A DNA stretch of 37,880 nucleotides from Ginkgo biloba (lineage: Eukaryota > Plantae > Ginkgophyta). The first letter of the stretch is position 1. The number at the start of each line of letters is the position of its first letter. The DNA lies in assembly GCA_024626585.2 (NCBI GenBank), contig JANKJI020000002.1:166429999-166467878 (forward strand). The letters run 5' to 3'. The notes beneath the pieces were generated by a model. It made no database searches. It was not told the origin of the DNA and saw only the letters and a program-made list of their open reading frames with translations. The position numbers and the translations under genes were made by a program. Shown one piece after another: positions 1-11,690 of this stretch.

Positions 1-722
1 ATAGAATAACAAGAAATTTTTAATATGAATGTGTTCTAGTAAGATTTGGTTGTTTTGTGGAATTAGTAAGTAATAGAGGGACATATTTATTGAATAGTTT
101 TATAGAGAGCCTTACTATTGAATTCATAATTCATCATTGGAAGAGAAATCCATATTATTCAAGATACAATGAGTTTGCATAGTCTTTAAATAACATTATT
201 TCCAATGTAATTACTAAAACTTGCGATGTTGAAAAATAATATTGGGTACATGTAGTGCTTCGGGATTTCAAAACAACATATAAGAAAGCTACTAGTCAAA
301 AACCTTTTTAGTTAGTTTATGGAAAGGAGGTAGTATTATCAATGGAATTTAAAGTTCCAAGTCTCAAGATCACTTTGAGAGAAAAGTTGAATAATGATAA
401 GTCTTTGTAATAAAGGCTTATATAGTTGAATAAAATTAAGGAGAAAAGAGATATGGATTTATGGCATCAATAGGTTGTACAAGACAAAACAAAAAAGATC
501 CATGACAACAAGATAAAGGGAATGGGAATTCATTTTAGTGATCTAATACTTTTATATGATAGTAAATACAAAGGTATGAAGGAAAATTAAAAAACAAGAT
601 GGCTCGGGCCATATATATTGGAAAAGATTTACGATAATGGATAGATAAAATTGTCCAAATTAATAGATAACATGGAGTCGAGGTGCGTTAATGGTGCTCA
701 TTTAAATTTGTTTAGAGAATGA
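1..722 (+). pseudogene. Degenerate Ty3/Gypsy (non-chromovirus) integrase core and GPY/F C-terminal domain
   Basis: Manual translation across stops and frameshifts gives 'ECVLVRFGCFVELVSNRGTYLLN..', 'KPF*LVYGKEVVLSMEFKVPSLKI' and 'RWLGPYILEKIYDNG*IKL...CVNGAHLNLF'. It closely resembles the integrase at 33765-34728 (-). Confidence 0.9.
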
Positions 723-1026
723 AGAGTTTAGAAGAATTAGAACTATAAATATATATAGGTAGATTGTAAATAAATTAGAGAATAAAAAAATGGTTTTAGA
801 GATGTTATTGTTGGAATGTATAAAAGTTGCACAAGAAAGAAGAAATAAGNNNNNNNNNNNNNNNNNNNNNNNNNNNNNNNNNNNNNNNNNNNNNNNNNNN
901 NNNNNNNNNNNNAAAACAAGAAGAGGAAGTTAGAAGGAAGAGAATCTATAGACAAAGATAATTTTGGAAAGATTTCTCAATTTTTCAAAAGAATGGGAGG
1001 GACGACTAAGATCAAGTACAATTTGT

Positions 1027-1137
1027 AGGATTTTCTCAAAGAAATTAAGCTTGATAATATGTTCTAAATAGTGAAGAATGCAGGATTTTCTCAAAGAAAT
1101 TAAGCTTGATAATATGTTCTAAATAGTGAAAGAATGC
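1027..1137. repeat. Near-perfect 55-bp tandem duplication
   Basis: aggattttctcaaagaaattaagcttgataatatgttctaaatagtgaagaatgc occurs at 1027-1081 and 1082-1137; the second copy has one extra A. Confidence 0.95.
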
Positions 1138-2959
1138 AATAAATAAGCATTAAGATGGATTAAAGCATGTAAACATGACATTGTTTTTGGCAAAACGAAG
1201 GCAGCCAAAATTTTCCCTAGGAACGANNNNNNNNNNNNNNNNNNNNNNNNNNNNNNNNNNNNNNNNNNNNNNNNNNNNNNNNNNNNNNNNNNNNNNNNNN
1301 NNNNNNNNNNNNNNNNNNNNNNNNNNAGATTTAAAGAGAAACAGAAGCACATTGATTTTTTCACTATTCCAGATAGAATTTAGAATAGTAATGTGGTATC
1401 TAAAATGTTTATGATACTTACCTTTCAGATTCAAGTATTCTATGACCTGAATATCCACCCTGTCCTAGGGTCTCGATAAAGATTTCCTGGCCATTCTAGA
1501 CTATAACCAACAAAAAGTATTATTGTTCCTAATGAATTTTGAGAGTTAGTTATAGTTCCTTTTAGACTATAAACTATATTTTAGTTTTTAGTTTTCTTTT
1601 TTAGGGGTATTTATATATCGCATTTCTCTTATTGAGATAAGGCTCACTCATAGATCATTCTTCTACAAGTCATCTCAAGATGAAGATAAATTATTTTGTT
1701 CCTTTTATATTTTTAGCTATCAAAATTGTAGGTTCTTTCTAATGGGCTTCATATCCAACAAGAATCCTCTAATGGTGGTCAAATAATTGCCATGCCTCTA
1801 TATTTTCTCATGTTAAATTGTTTTATATGGTTTTTCTCTGGTTCTAGAAAAACTCTCTAGCAGGATTACTATACTTTCCAAAAATAAAATTGTCAATTTT
1901 CCATCTTACCTTCCCTTATGGGCATACATAAATTGTTTCTTATATTCACTAGTAATGGTATTCATTCTTTTAATATGAAATATTTGCAATCTATAAATTC
2001 ATATTATCATGCACAAGTTTCTTTATAGTAATAATCAAAACAAAATATCAAATGGCTTCTTTACTTAGGACATGTACTTGGTGCATCATAAGATTATATT
2101 TTTTTCCATAGTCATAGAATCTATATAGAGGCATCGAACAAGCATAGTATTGGTATAAAATAAAAATTAATTTATGAATTCCTTTATCACTTTATATTAG
2201 TGCGTTCGATTAAATCCTTTAAGAAAGGTCTCTAAGAGTATTTTTAGTGAATTTTATATAGAATTATTATCAAAATTATCACGAAAATGGAACTTAACTC
2301 AAATAATAGGAATAACCTAACTTAAGATTAGTTCAATTATTTTATAGTTAAAGTATGATACTCTAAAATGATTTGTTAACTTAAAATTCACCATCAATTT
2401 GTATGTTAATGTAGGGCCCACTAAACATTGGGTCAACCTTGATAAGTTGGACCAAATAGCTCACCATATGGATAATTATTAGTGTAGCTATANNNNNNNN
2501 NNNNNNNNNNNNNNNNNNNNNNNNNNNNNNNNNNNNNNNNNNNNNNNNNNNNNNNNNNNNNNNNNNNNNNNNNNNNNNNNNNNNNNNNNNNNATATATGC
2601 ATGTATCCATATATTTGTGTGTGTGTATGTTATTGCAAAATAACATGCTTTAATACTTAATAAGAATAATGTCATTCCATAACATAGTAAAGGACATAAC
2701 TTGGGGGGTATTTGTGCACAAAGAGTCCTAAATGTAAAAGGTAAACATAAAAAAATTAAGAGAAACACACCATAGCATTAAAAAAAGAGATACCAAAAAA
2801 AATGAGATAGAAAGTGGTGAGAAATCTTATCAAGAATAATAATATTCTAGATGAATATAACTATACTCTCTCTCTATGCCAAGCCATAGGTCTCATGATG
2901 ATTATTAGGATGAAACTCCCCGTTCCTCCCATGGGGGGAGAAGGTACTCTATGATGTCG

Positions 2960-4370
2960 AGTAATGGAAGATCCTCCTTTTTACCTCTGTATTATAGGCA
3001 AGCCCTAAACCATTTTTATCTTATTTAATAACTTTAAGCTAAAGTAATTCAGATGCCCATACCTTTCATGCCATAGTTTGTGCACTTCTATCGTCTTGCT
3101 ATTTGCCACAAGACTCTACTCCTATGGTGCTTTTGTTGAGAATCTATACAAACCATTCTCATGAACTCCTTTTGCAATCACCTTATTTTTAATATCTTTA
3201 ATCAAACACTCATCGCAGTCAAATTCCACTTTTAAATTACGTTTTGTGATTGGAATGATTGACAGCAAGTTTTTCTTAAACTAGGAACATATAACACATT
3301 TTTCACCTCTTTGATCTTACCATCTTGCATCTGCATCATTATTGTTCCTCGACTTTGCCCTGGATATTCACTGTCATCTCCATTCTCTCCTTGTTTTTCA
3401 CTTTTCTACAACCTTGAAAATCAATCATCTCTGTGCATCATGTGTTTTGTTGCTCCAGAGTCAATGTATCAAGCATTGCCATCACCCTTCTGTCTAGTTG
3501 TTGTAGATAGAAACAATTATAATCCTCCATCATTTGAATCACTTGAATCTTGCCTATGATCAACAAAATTGTTAGACTATTATATTTTCTCCTTATCTTC
3601 CTTCTTTATTCAACATTCTTTGGCAATGTGAGTTGGTTTTCCACAGTAGCAACACTTCAACTTTGTTTTATTACTATTAATTTCATTATTTTGATCAAAT
3701 GATTTGTTGGCGTTTGATTATTTTTTGTTTTTTCTTTCGTGTCGTGTATTTTTTGACATCAAGGCATGTGTACCACTAGTACTTCCAGTACTAATATCAT
3801 ATATTTTTATACTTTGCTCTTCATGTAGGTGTAACCAACTCAATGCTTCAAAAGTCACCATTTTTTACTTTTGTTCTAAACTGAGGCTTGTTAGACAAAC
3901 ATGAAATGAAGGTGGCAAAGAATTCAATTTGATGCTTATAAAATCTTTATTCTCCACTTTCTATCTAATGGTAATCAGGTGCTCCTGAATCTCTTTCAAC
4001 TTCATCAAGTGACCAACCATTGAGGATCCTTCGATGATCTTGGTACTATATAGTTTATTCTATAAGTATATGATCCTTATTTTGTTCATTACCTCATATA
4101 GGTTGATGAGGGAATGACATGCCTCCTTTGATGCATTTAATCCTTGAACATGTGGGATTAAATCATCTACGATGGACATCCCTATGATGGCCTACGCCTT
4201 CCTATCTCGATCCTCATAAGATTCAATTTCCTTAGAGTTACTTTCTTATTTCGTCTCTTTTTATCTAACTATACTTATTAATTTTTATATAGTTAATATG
4301 TTTTCCATTTTAAACTTCCATACACCACAATTATTTTTGTTTAATTTATGTGAGTCTAGGAGAATATGGT
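2960..4370 (-). pseudogene. Degenerate Ty1/Copia polyprotein 5' part: gag (UBN2-type), CCHC zinc knuckle, aspartic protease, GAG-pre-integrase
   Basis: Minus-strand motifs in Copia order: 'KLNKNNCGVWKFKME' (~4300-4345), 'LNSLPPSF' (~3905-3930), 'CCYCGKPTHIAKEC' (~3613-3655), 'YIDSGATKHM' (~3447-3477), 'VLYVPSLRKNLLSI' (~3258-3298), 'KLWHERYGHLN' (~3047-3080). Confidence 0.92.
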
Positions 4371-4815
4371 TGTTAGAATATTAATGTTTCCCCTCTTAGT
4401 AATCTAAAAATGTTATGCATCCCAATTTAGAAAAAAGTGGAGAAAGTCCTAGAAGGGTAGATGGCTTGCCCATGTTTTTGAATATTACCATGGGTAAGTA
4501 GTTGAAGAAAATATTATTTTAATGTAATATTGTGGGCTATGAGTCTCTATAAATAGACAAAGCTCATAGAGATGTAAGTGTGCTCAGTTGCACCCAACCA
4601 AGGGTGCTTGGTTGTAGTGTCCTCCCTCCTCTCTATCTTTGTATTGTGAAGTTTATCATTCTTGAGGAATATATTGATATTGTTATTGTTGTAATGTTGT
4701 CTCTTATATTTGCTATGCTCTCTTCTTGTGTTATTGAGTATGATTCTCAATTTCTTATCATGGTATCACAGTATCCATTTTCTTGACATGGTATCAACAT
4801 TCTATTTTCCTAACA
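4371..4815 (+). mobile_element. 5' LTR of a Copia-type element inserted at the N-terminus of the preceding Copia gag
   Basis: Inverted termini TGTTAG (4371) ... CTAACA (4815), TATA-like ctataaata at ~4547, and a PBS-Met-like tggtatgagagc immediately after (4816-4827). Confidence 0.8.
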
Positions 4816-4827
4816 TGGTATGAGAGC
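4761..4827 (+). promoter_or_regulatory. Three tandem LTR-end/PBS(tRNA-iMet) junctions
   Basis: ttcttatCA|TGGTATCA (4761), ttcttgaCA|TGGTATCA (4789), ttcctaaCA|TGGTATGAGAGC (4816); periods 28 and 27 nt. The canonical plant PBS-Met is TGGTATCAGAGC. Confidence 0.85.
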
Positions 4828-4989
4828 ATTCAATTTTTTTAACAAGATCCCAATGCATATTCCTTCTCATTTTATTTTGCTATTGGCTTTTATATAATCG
4901 AGATATTTATCAAGGATACGTTGGAAGAAGTACTCAACTGTGATTTCCTTTTGGTGTCTGGTTGAAATTGATCATTTTTTTTATTTCAC

Positions 4990-6120
4990 TTGTTTGACAA
5001 TTAGTGTTTAACGTTTTTGGCACTACGGAGTTTATGAAGTTTGGCATCGCCTATTTCTACTAAAGTTGTTGTGGAAGCTTTGTTGCGCAGTTGGCACCAC
5101 CACGCACTCGCTGGCTTCGATCTTGGAGTTTGGCCACATATTTCACATCACTCGGACTCCTCAGGATATATGCCATGCCCTCTCTGTCCCCGTAGTTTTT
5201 TGTTTTTTTTCTCGTCTGTTCCTCGCAGTCCGCTCCATTTTTTCGTCTATCTTCACGGTTTGTCGTTCATATAGCGTTCGCCTGCAATATTTACTATTTT
5301 TGTCTCCACGGTTGGTCGTTCGTATCATATTACCGTTTTTGTCTCGACGGTTTGTCGTTCGTATCATATCACAGGTTGTCTGCATCACACGTCGAACGCC
5401 GAATTGACTGCCAGGTGAAACGCATCCAGAACAAACAGGTGGTCAAGAAAATAGAAAGCAAAGGTGCTTGTGTTTGTCTATCATATATGCTCTTTGGAAT
5501 GCTAACAGAAAGCCATTGGTGTATTCTTGCGTCTGCCATAACTATATAATTTGGAGCATAAGGTTGGATTAAAGCAATGACTCCATCAATTACTTCAGCT
5601 TCAACATCAACTTCAACTTCTTCACAATCGTTATTCTCTCAGTTTCTCCCCAGCACATGTGCAAAACGCGCGGTTTTAACGCTTTAGCTCTATGTTTCTA
5701 ACGTAACGTTTATTGTTAAACGTCCATATCATTATTTTTTTTTTTCCGTTAATATTTACATTAGCATGTAGTATTTGTATCATTCACATATCATTAACGT
5801 CTTGTGTTCTGTGCATCATCGACATTCAACGACGTATAACATTTGTTAATCATATTTTTTTTACGTGCAGATTCTATCATTTGTTACTTGGCATTTGAAC
5901 TGGTGGAATCAATTTAGTGTTGCACCACGTTTTTTGCAGTGTTTGCCGCTTGATCGTTAATATATTTAGTGTTTTTATCATTAGTATCTATGATCTAATG
6001 TTTAACTATTTACCGTTCAAGATGATTTATTATTAGCATGTTGTTCGAAGACACGGTATAGCGTTTTTCGCTATTGTTTATACCATTAGCATTTCTTGCG
6101 CAGATCTTGGTGTGATTAGC
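4990..6120. other. CpG-rich island containing a 39-bp tandem repeat (5297-5374)
   Basis: Roughly 25-30 CG dinucleotides in 5000-5400 counted by eye, versus essentially none in the 1.2-kb integrase at 22935-24118. Repeat tttttgtctc(c/g)acggtt(g/t)gtcgttcgtatcatat occurs twice, with a partial third copy at ~5254. Confidence 0.75.
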
Positions 6121-6469
6121 ATTCATATTGTTAGTTTTTTTTTTTTTAATTTATTGACATTCATTATTTGTATCAGTAAACATCTTTGTGCAGGTCTCAT
6201 TAACAATGTTTAACATTTCTTAATATTTTCCATTTACCCAGAAAAAAAAAAAAAAACTATTAACCCTTGCTATNNNNNNNNNNNNNNNNNNNNNNNNNNN
6301 NNNNNNNNNNNNNNNNNNNNNNNNNNNNNNNNNNNNNNNNNNNNNNNNNNNNNNNNNNNNNNNNNNNNNNNNNTCTGATCCATTTCAAATCATATAGTAA
6401 ATTCCCCTAGGTGAAGAATAGTCATTTTCTTGGCTTCCTAGTGACTTGGGTAAAAATTCGGGTCAACTT

Positions 6470-7380
6470 ACCTATAATAGACCAAGTCCTTGATGTAAAA
6501 TGATTTATGATACAAATAAGAAGAAAGGAAGCTCAAGGAAGGAGATAAAGGAAGGCAGGAAATAATTGTACCTTGTCCTAGGAGTAAAAACCCATTCTTA
6601 ATTGATAAAGGAAGAAAGGGGATTAAGGATGTGAATACCAAGGAAGGAAATAAAGTTCGTAGACCTAAAAGCATCATTCATGGTGTTGCAATAAGGGTGG
6701 AATAACAAGGACCTTAGTCTTAGATGAGAAAGGTGCTTCATTACTCATTAAGGGAGGAGGAAGGCACCTAGGAGGGAACATATGAAGGAATGAAATAAAC
6801 TCTGTAGACCCAAAAAGGTATTATAATATGGTGTAATCAAGGAAGAGTAAGTCCTAGTTAAGAAAATCACTTCCTTGATAGATAAGGGAGGAAAAGGCAT
6901 TCAAGAAAGGAAATGAAAGAAGGTGGGACCTTCCCACAACCTCATATTGGATAAAAATATCTCCATCACTCACTAAGAGGGGAAAAAGGATCCAGGAACA
7001 TAAAGGAAGGAAGGTGGGCCCTAGGCTCTCGCTCATCCTGGATGAAAAAGCACTCCCTTACTCACTAATGGAGGAAAAAGAATCCAGGAACATAAAGGAA
7101 GGAAGTTGAGCCCAGGTAAGATGCAATATTTCTTTGACAAGTTCATTTATCTATATCCTTTATGGAAAAACATGTCCTTAATTGATAAGGGAAGTAAAAA
7201 ATTCAAGAAAAGAAAGGCATGGCCAAAGAGACCCATGTCCTAGTGATGATAGTGTCCTAAATAACCAAAGAAGGAACTAGGACCTAGGAAAGGAAAGGTA
7301 GGGCCTAAGATACACACATCCTAGATGTGATAGTGTCCTAGCCAATCTAAGAATGAATAAGGATTCATGAAGAGAAAAAA
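6470..7380 (+). repeat. Diverged purine-rich tandem repeats (~100-bp scale) inside the LTR
   Basis: Recurrent atccaggaacataaaggaaggaag (~6990 and ~7082), cttaattgataa(a/g)gga (~6597, ~7177) and actcactaa units. Confidence 0.7.
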
Positions 7381-7619
7381 AAAAGAATCAAGGAGATTAG
7401 AGGGATCCCTATCATTGATGATTTCTTGGGCGTATTCCTAGTTCGAAGATGATGCATGTTAAGATCAAACCTAATGATTCAATTTTTATGACAATTATAA
7501 ATAGTTATAAAAATGTTTCAATTTCCTTCAACCATGAGAATAAAAAAGGATTTGATCCATATAGGGAGGAGAGTGTGTGGATTCTTCTTGGTAGTGTTTC
7601 ATACAGAACAAAGATGAGG

Positions 7620-7720
7620 TGAGGAGGACATAGATCCACCTATTCGAAGAGGAGGATAGGGCCTCTCATCTATGAGGAGGACATAGATCCACTGAAGCAA
7701 TAAGGAGAACTTAGATCCAC
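7620..7720 (+). repeat. Three copies of a ~20-bp motif gaggaggacatagatccac
   Basis: Copies at 7620-7639 and 7673-7692 are identical; the copy at 7702-7720 is diverged. Confidence 0.85.
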
Positions 7721-10689
7721 TCATCTAAGAGGTGAAGAAGAGTATAGCCATTCTTATAGCAAACAATCTAGAATAATTCTTCAAGTAGCAATAAGTGTAT
7801 GAACAAAGAGTGTGAGAGAGTCATTGTGAGACAGAATAGCTCCACACTATGTTTTGGATTGTGAAAACTCTATGGGTTTCATACCTTGAATAAAAGCATA
7901 GGCACAATTAGATGTAAATTCTTGTTGAAGGAGAAATTAATTCCATTTTAGAGTTTAATTCCCCAAGAGGATTCCTCCTGCTAACAACTTGAGACTATTT
8001 GTAAAAATTTGTGTGTGATCATTTTTTGTTTATTTTGAATTTTTATATTCAAGTTGCTAAAATTACATGTAGGTTATAGACATGCAGTTTTATTATTTTA
8101 ATGAATAATCTTAACTAAAGAATATATATTTAATTGCATTGGAATATTTTGACTTACCCATAAAGATTAATATATTAAGGAGAATATTTACAAATGTAGA
8201 TAGAGGAGATTACATCCAAAATATATAAGAAATGCCATGAAAAAGAGATGGCCAAGAAAAATTGTTGACATGGTGCTTCAAAAGGAATATCCCTTTAATA
8301 GTTGATATTTTAGAGGCATATATTTATGTTGGTAGTTTATTACACATTAATGCTAACGCACTAACCACAAATTCAGAGACAATAGACATGGTTAAAGTAG
8401 TCGGGTCCATGATGGCACAGACGGGCGATAAAGAATACACACAAATAACATAGGCAGATCTACATTGACATAGATGGGTGGCACGGATGGCTTGAACAAA
8501 TCAAATTACTATAAAAATTTGGCATAGACTTATATGGTGTAGACGACTAAAAATAAATTCATATTGCTGCAAAAATTGGCATAAATGGCTGGTGTAGACT
8601 ACAAGTAATAAACTCATATTACACTTATATTTGTATATTTGTAAAAATATTTTAGAGGACTTATCTTGGCAAGCATTGGTAACCTGTAATCTCAAGTAAG
8701 CAATAATCCATTGAGGAATATGAAGGTAGCGATGAAATTTGAATCTCTAAGTTCTGCTCTCTCTCTATACATAAAAAATAATAAAAAATCAAGATGNNNN
8801 NNNNNNNNNNNNNNNNNNNNNNNNNNNNNNNNNNNNNNNNNNNNNNNNNNNNNNNNNNNNNNNNNNNNNNNNNNNNNNNNNNNNNNNNNNNNNNNNACAA
8901 ATAACCCTTCACATATGCATTCATGTGTTTGAGGTATGCCAGGGAATAGCCATGTGCCTCCTAGTTATTTGGGCCAACCATTTCGGTTGAGTTGGGAGGA
9001 GAAGATCTATTCTCCGATCTACATTTTTTATTTTTGGTACTTTTTCTCCTCTTTCTGAATGTTTTCTTTTTTTTAAGGTATATATGCTCAAATTCAAAAA
9101 GTACCAAGTCATTTTCATTTGTATATACTAACTTATTAGTGGAGTGGTTTCTCATGTTTGGGGCACTCGTTTAATCTCACTATTATGATGGCTTAAGGAA
9201 GGGCCCCTCTCAATCTTCTAATAATATTTGTACTTTACCACTATGAAATTATTTTTTATTTTTTATTTTATGAAGTTTTATTTTATTGGTATGGACCAAA
9301 TATTCTATTCCTATAATATTTCAATCCAACCATAAAAATTACGAGATTTTTGCCTCATTAGATTTGGGTCAACACTTATCTTATTTTTCGTAAAACATTT
9401 GAGAAATTTTTTCTTGGAGAATTTATTTCTCCCTATTATTTAGCATCATATAATTACATGCAATTGTGGTACCATAAAATAGATTCATGCATTCATGCAA
9501 TGTTATTTTATACCCAATGTTAACCTAGTGATACGTGCAAAAATATGACCCATACAAAAGGGAAACACATTATGGACTAACATGGTTTTAAGTGGCATCA
9601 CCATAAAAATGAATGTAAATTCATAGAGAGGCAGGTATTTATATTGTATGAAGTCATTTTCTAAGATTTTATATGCATTTATACTTATATTAAGTATGTT
9701 GGCATGGAGTATTAATATTGGCCTCAAGTTATACTTACGTACTTTGTATAACATTATAAACTAGGAGCATACTTGACCCTAGCTATAAGGGAGAGTGGAA
9801 AAACTATCAAATAGATATGTATATATTTTATAAAGTTGTTTACCATTTATGTATTCCAAGTCATTCTATTAAACCTTTGACTATGTCCTAGTTTTCTATT
9901 TAGCGGGGTATTGGGATCCATATGATCACATATTTAGGATCATCAATTTTAATGAGTGATTGAATACTAAAATATATGTTTGTAGGATTTTAGGTCTCCC
10001 TTACACTAGGGAGGTCATAACTTTAACTAGAGAGTGATAAGTATTTCAGAGTTAGTAGCTTACCTAGCTAGGTAGGGCATTCCCCAACACATCNNNNNNN
10101 NNNNNNNNNNNNNNNNNNNNNNNNNNNNNNNNNNNNNNNNNNNNNNNNNNNNNNNNNNNNNNNNNNNNNNNNNNNNNNNNNNNNNNNNNNNNNATGTGTT
10201 TTATTAAACAAATTAAACTATGAATTGTGTTATACAAAATAACATTTCTTAGTTAGAAGTAAACATTATTGTTATAGAGTTGGATATCTTTAATATATTG
10301 AATAGTGTGGTAAATAAACAATGTATAGTTTTATAAGTAAACAAGGATCATTACATCTATTAATAATTTATAAGTAATATAAATTAATATGAAGTAGTAT
10401 TGGAGATCAATGTACAAGATATTGACATATATTTACACAGACAAATAACAAATAAAATGGCTTTGATTTCTTATAGAAGTTTGATTCTTTCTTCTATGAT
10501 ATATTTCATTTGATAGTGTCTTTGTAACTTAAGAAGGATATTTACTCTATTCCCTTATAAATTTTTATCTATACTTTATGTCTAGTTAAAATTTGATACC
10601 CATAGCCACTACTACCCAACATAAAAGGAAAGTAAACATTGGTTCTCTAGATTTAGGGCGACAAAGAAAGTAGAATGTTAGAATTATCA

Positions 10690-11690
10690 AACCATCTTAA
10701 AATGGATAACATATAAGAACTCCTAGCCTACTACAACCTCTATACATACTAGATGGTAAATGGCAAGACATATAGATGGACTTTGTCATGGGGCTACCAA
10801 ATTCAAAGGGGAAGAAGGCCATCTTTGTCATAGTAGATCGACTCATAAAATATGCACACTTCATACCTATTCAAGGTAGCATCAAATCCCCACAACTAGT
10901 AGAGGTCTTTATAAAAAAAATATACAAGCTCTATGGGATGCCAAGGAGGATAGTCTGTGATCACGAAACAAAATTCACAAGTCACTTATGGCAGGACATA
11001 TTTAAGTTTCCAAGAATAAAGTTCAATATGAGCTCAGCATATCATCCGNNNNNNNNNNNNNNNNNNNNNNNNNNNNNNNNNNNTACATTGAAGATAAGCA
11101 AGCAAAATGGATGAAGTGGCTACACCTGTGGAATTTTGGTACAACACGACTTATCACGTATCGGCAAAGATGTCACCATTCAAAGCATTATATGGATATG
11201 ATCCACCATCTATCTTAGACTTCGTTCTCCGAGAATCCAAGTGCCCCATCGTAGAAGAAGCTTTCCAAGAAGCACAAAAGATCACACAAATCCTAAAAGG
11301 CAACCTCAACATGACAATTAATCGAATGAAGCAACAAGAAGACAAGAATAGGAGTGAAAGAAGCTTCCAAGAATGAGACATGGTGTTTGTACGATTGCAA
11401 CCCTACAAACAAACCTCATTGAAGAAGGATATTCAAGCCAAATTGTAGCCAAAGTACTTTGGACCATACAAGATAATAAGAAAGATTGGGCAAGTGGCAT
11501 ATGCACTTGAACTCCCAAAAGAAAGAAAGATACACAATGTTTTCCACGTATCCAATTTAAAGAAACAAATCGGAGACAAAGTGGTAACACAAACAGGGAT
11601 CCCGATAACAAATGAAGAAGGGCGAACAATTATAAAACCAGAAAGCGTCATTGAGACACAAGTCAAACATTGAAGGAAGAAATAGTAGCA
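10690..11690 (+). pseudogene. Degenerate chromovirus (Reina-like) Ty3/Gypsy integrase with GPY/F motif, truncated at the start of the chromodomain
   Basis: 'PSLLQPLYILDGKWQDI*MDFVMGLPNSKGKKAIFVIVDRLIKYAHFIP', 'SSAYHP', 'EFWYNTTYH..KMSPFKALYG', 'VFVRLQPYKQTSL..PKYFGPYKIIRKIGQVAYALELP..IHNVFHVSNLKK' (ORFs 10776-11114, 11107-11376 and the continuation). Confidence 0.93.

Larger units (their letters stand above)
6376..8177 (+). mobile_element. Solo or 3' LTR (~1.8 kb), same family as the LTR at 15182-15998
   Basis: Starts TGATC at 6376. Its 3' end (cattggaatattttgacttacccataaagat) matches the reverse complement of 15185-15220 (cattgggagattttgactcacccattgagat). It also shares the gagttt..ccccaagagg motif (7951) and the purine-rich ccagga/cctagg repeats. 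No PBS follows, and the TSD cannot be tested because of the gap. Confidence 0.7.

Noticed and set aside
743-2768. ORFs spanning N-runs (also at 8661-8932, 12826-13176, 22756-22965, 29162-29467, 30665-30904, 34540-34865)
   Set aside because: Their length comes from the gap placeholders.
4367-4819. TGGT on both sides of the 4371-4815 LTR as a TSD (solo LTR)
   Set aside because: Only 4 bp where 5 are expected, and the right copy is the start of the PBS, so it is probably coincidence.
5041-5640. Overlapping ORFs in the CpG island, including a ~90-codon stop-free minus-strand frame (~5370-5638)
   Set aside because: No recognisable motifs. The ORFs are explained by locally higher GC and the 39-bp repeat.
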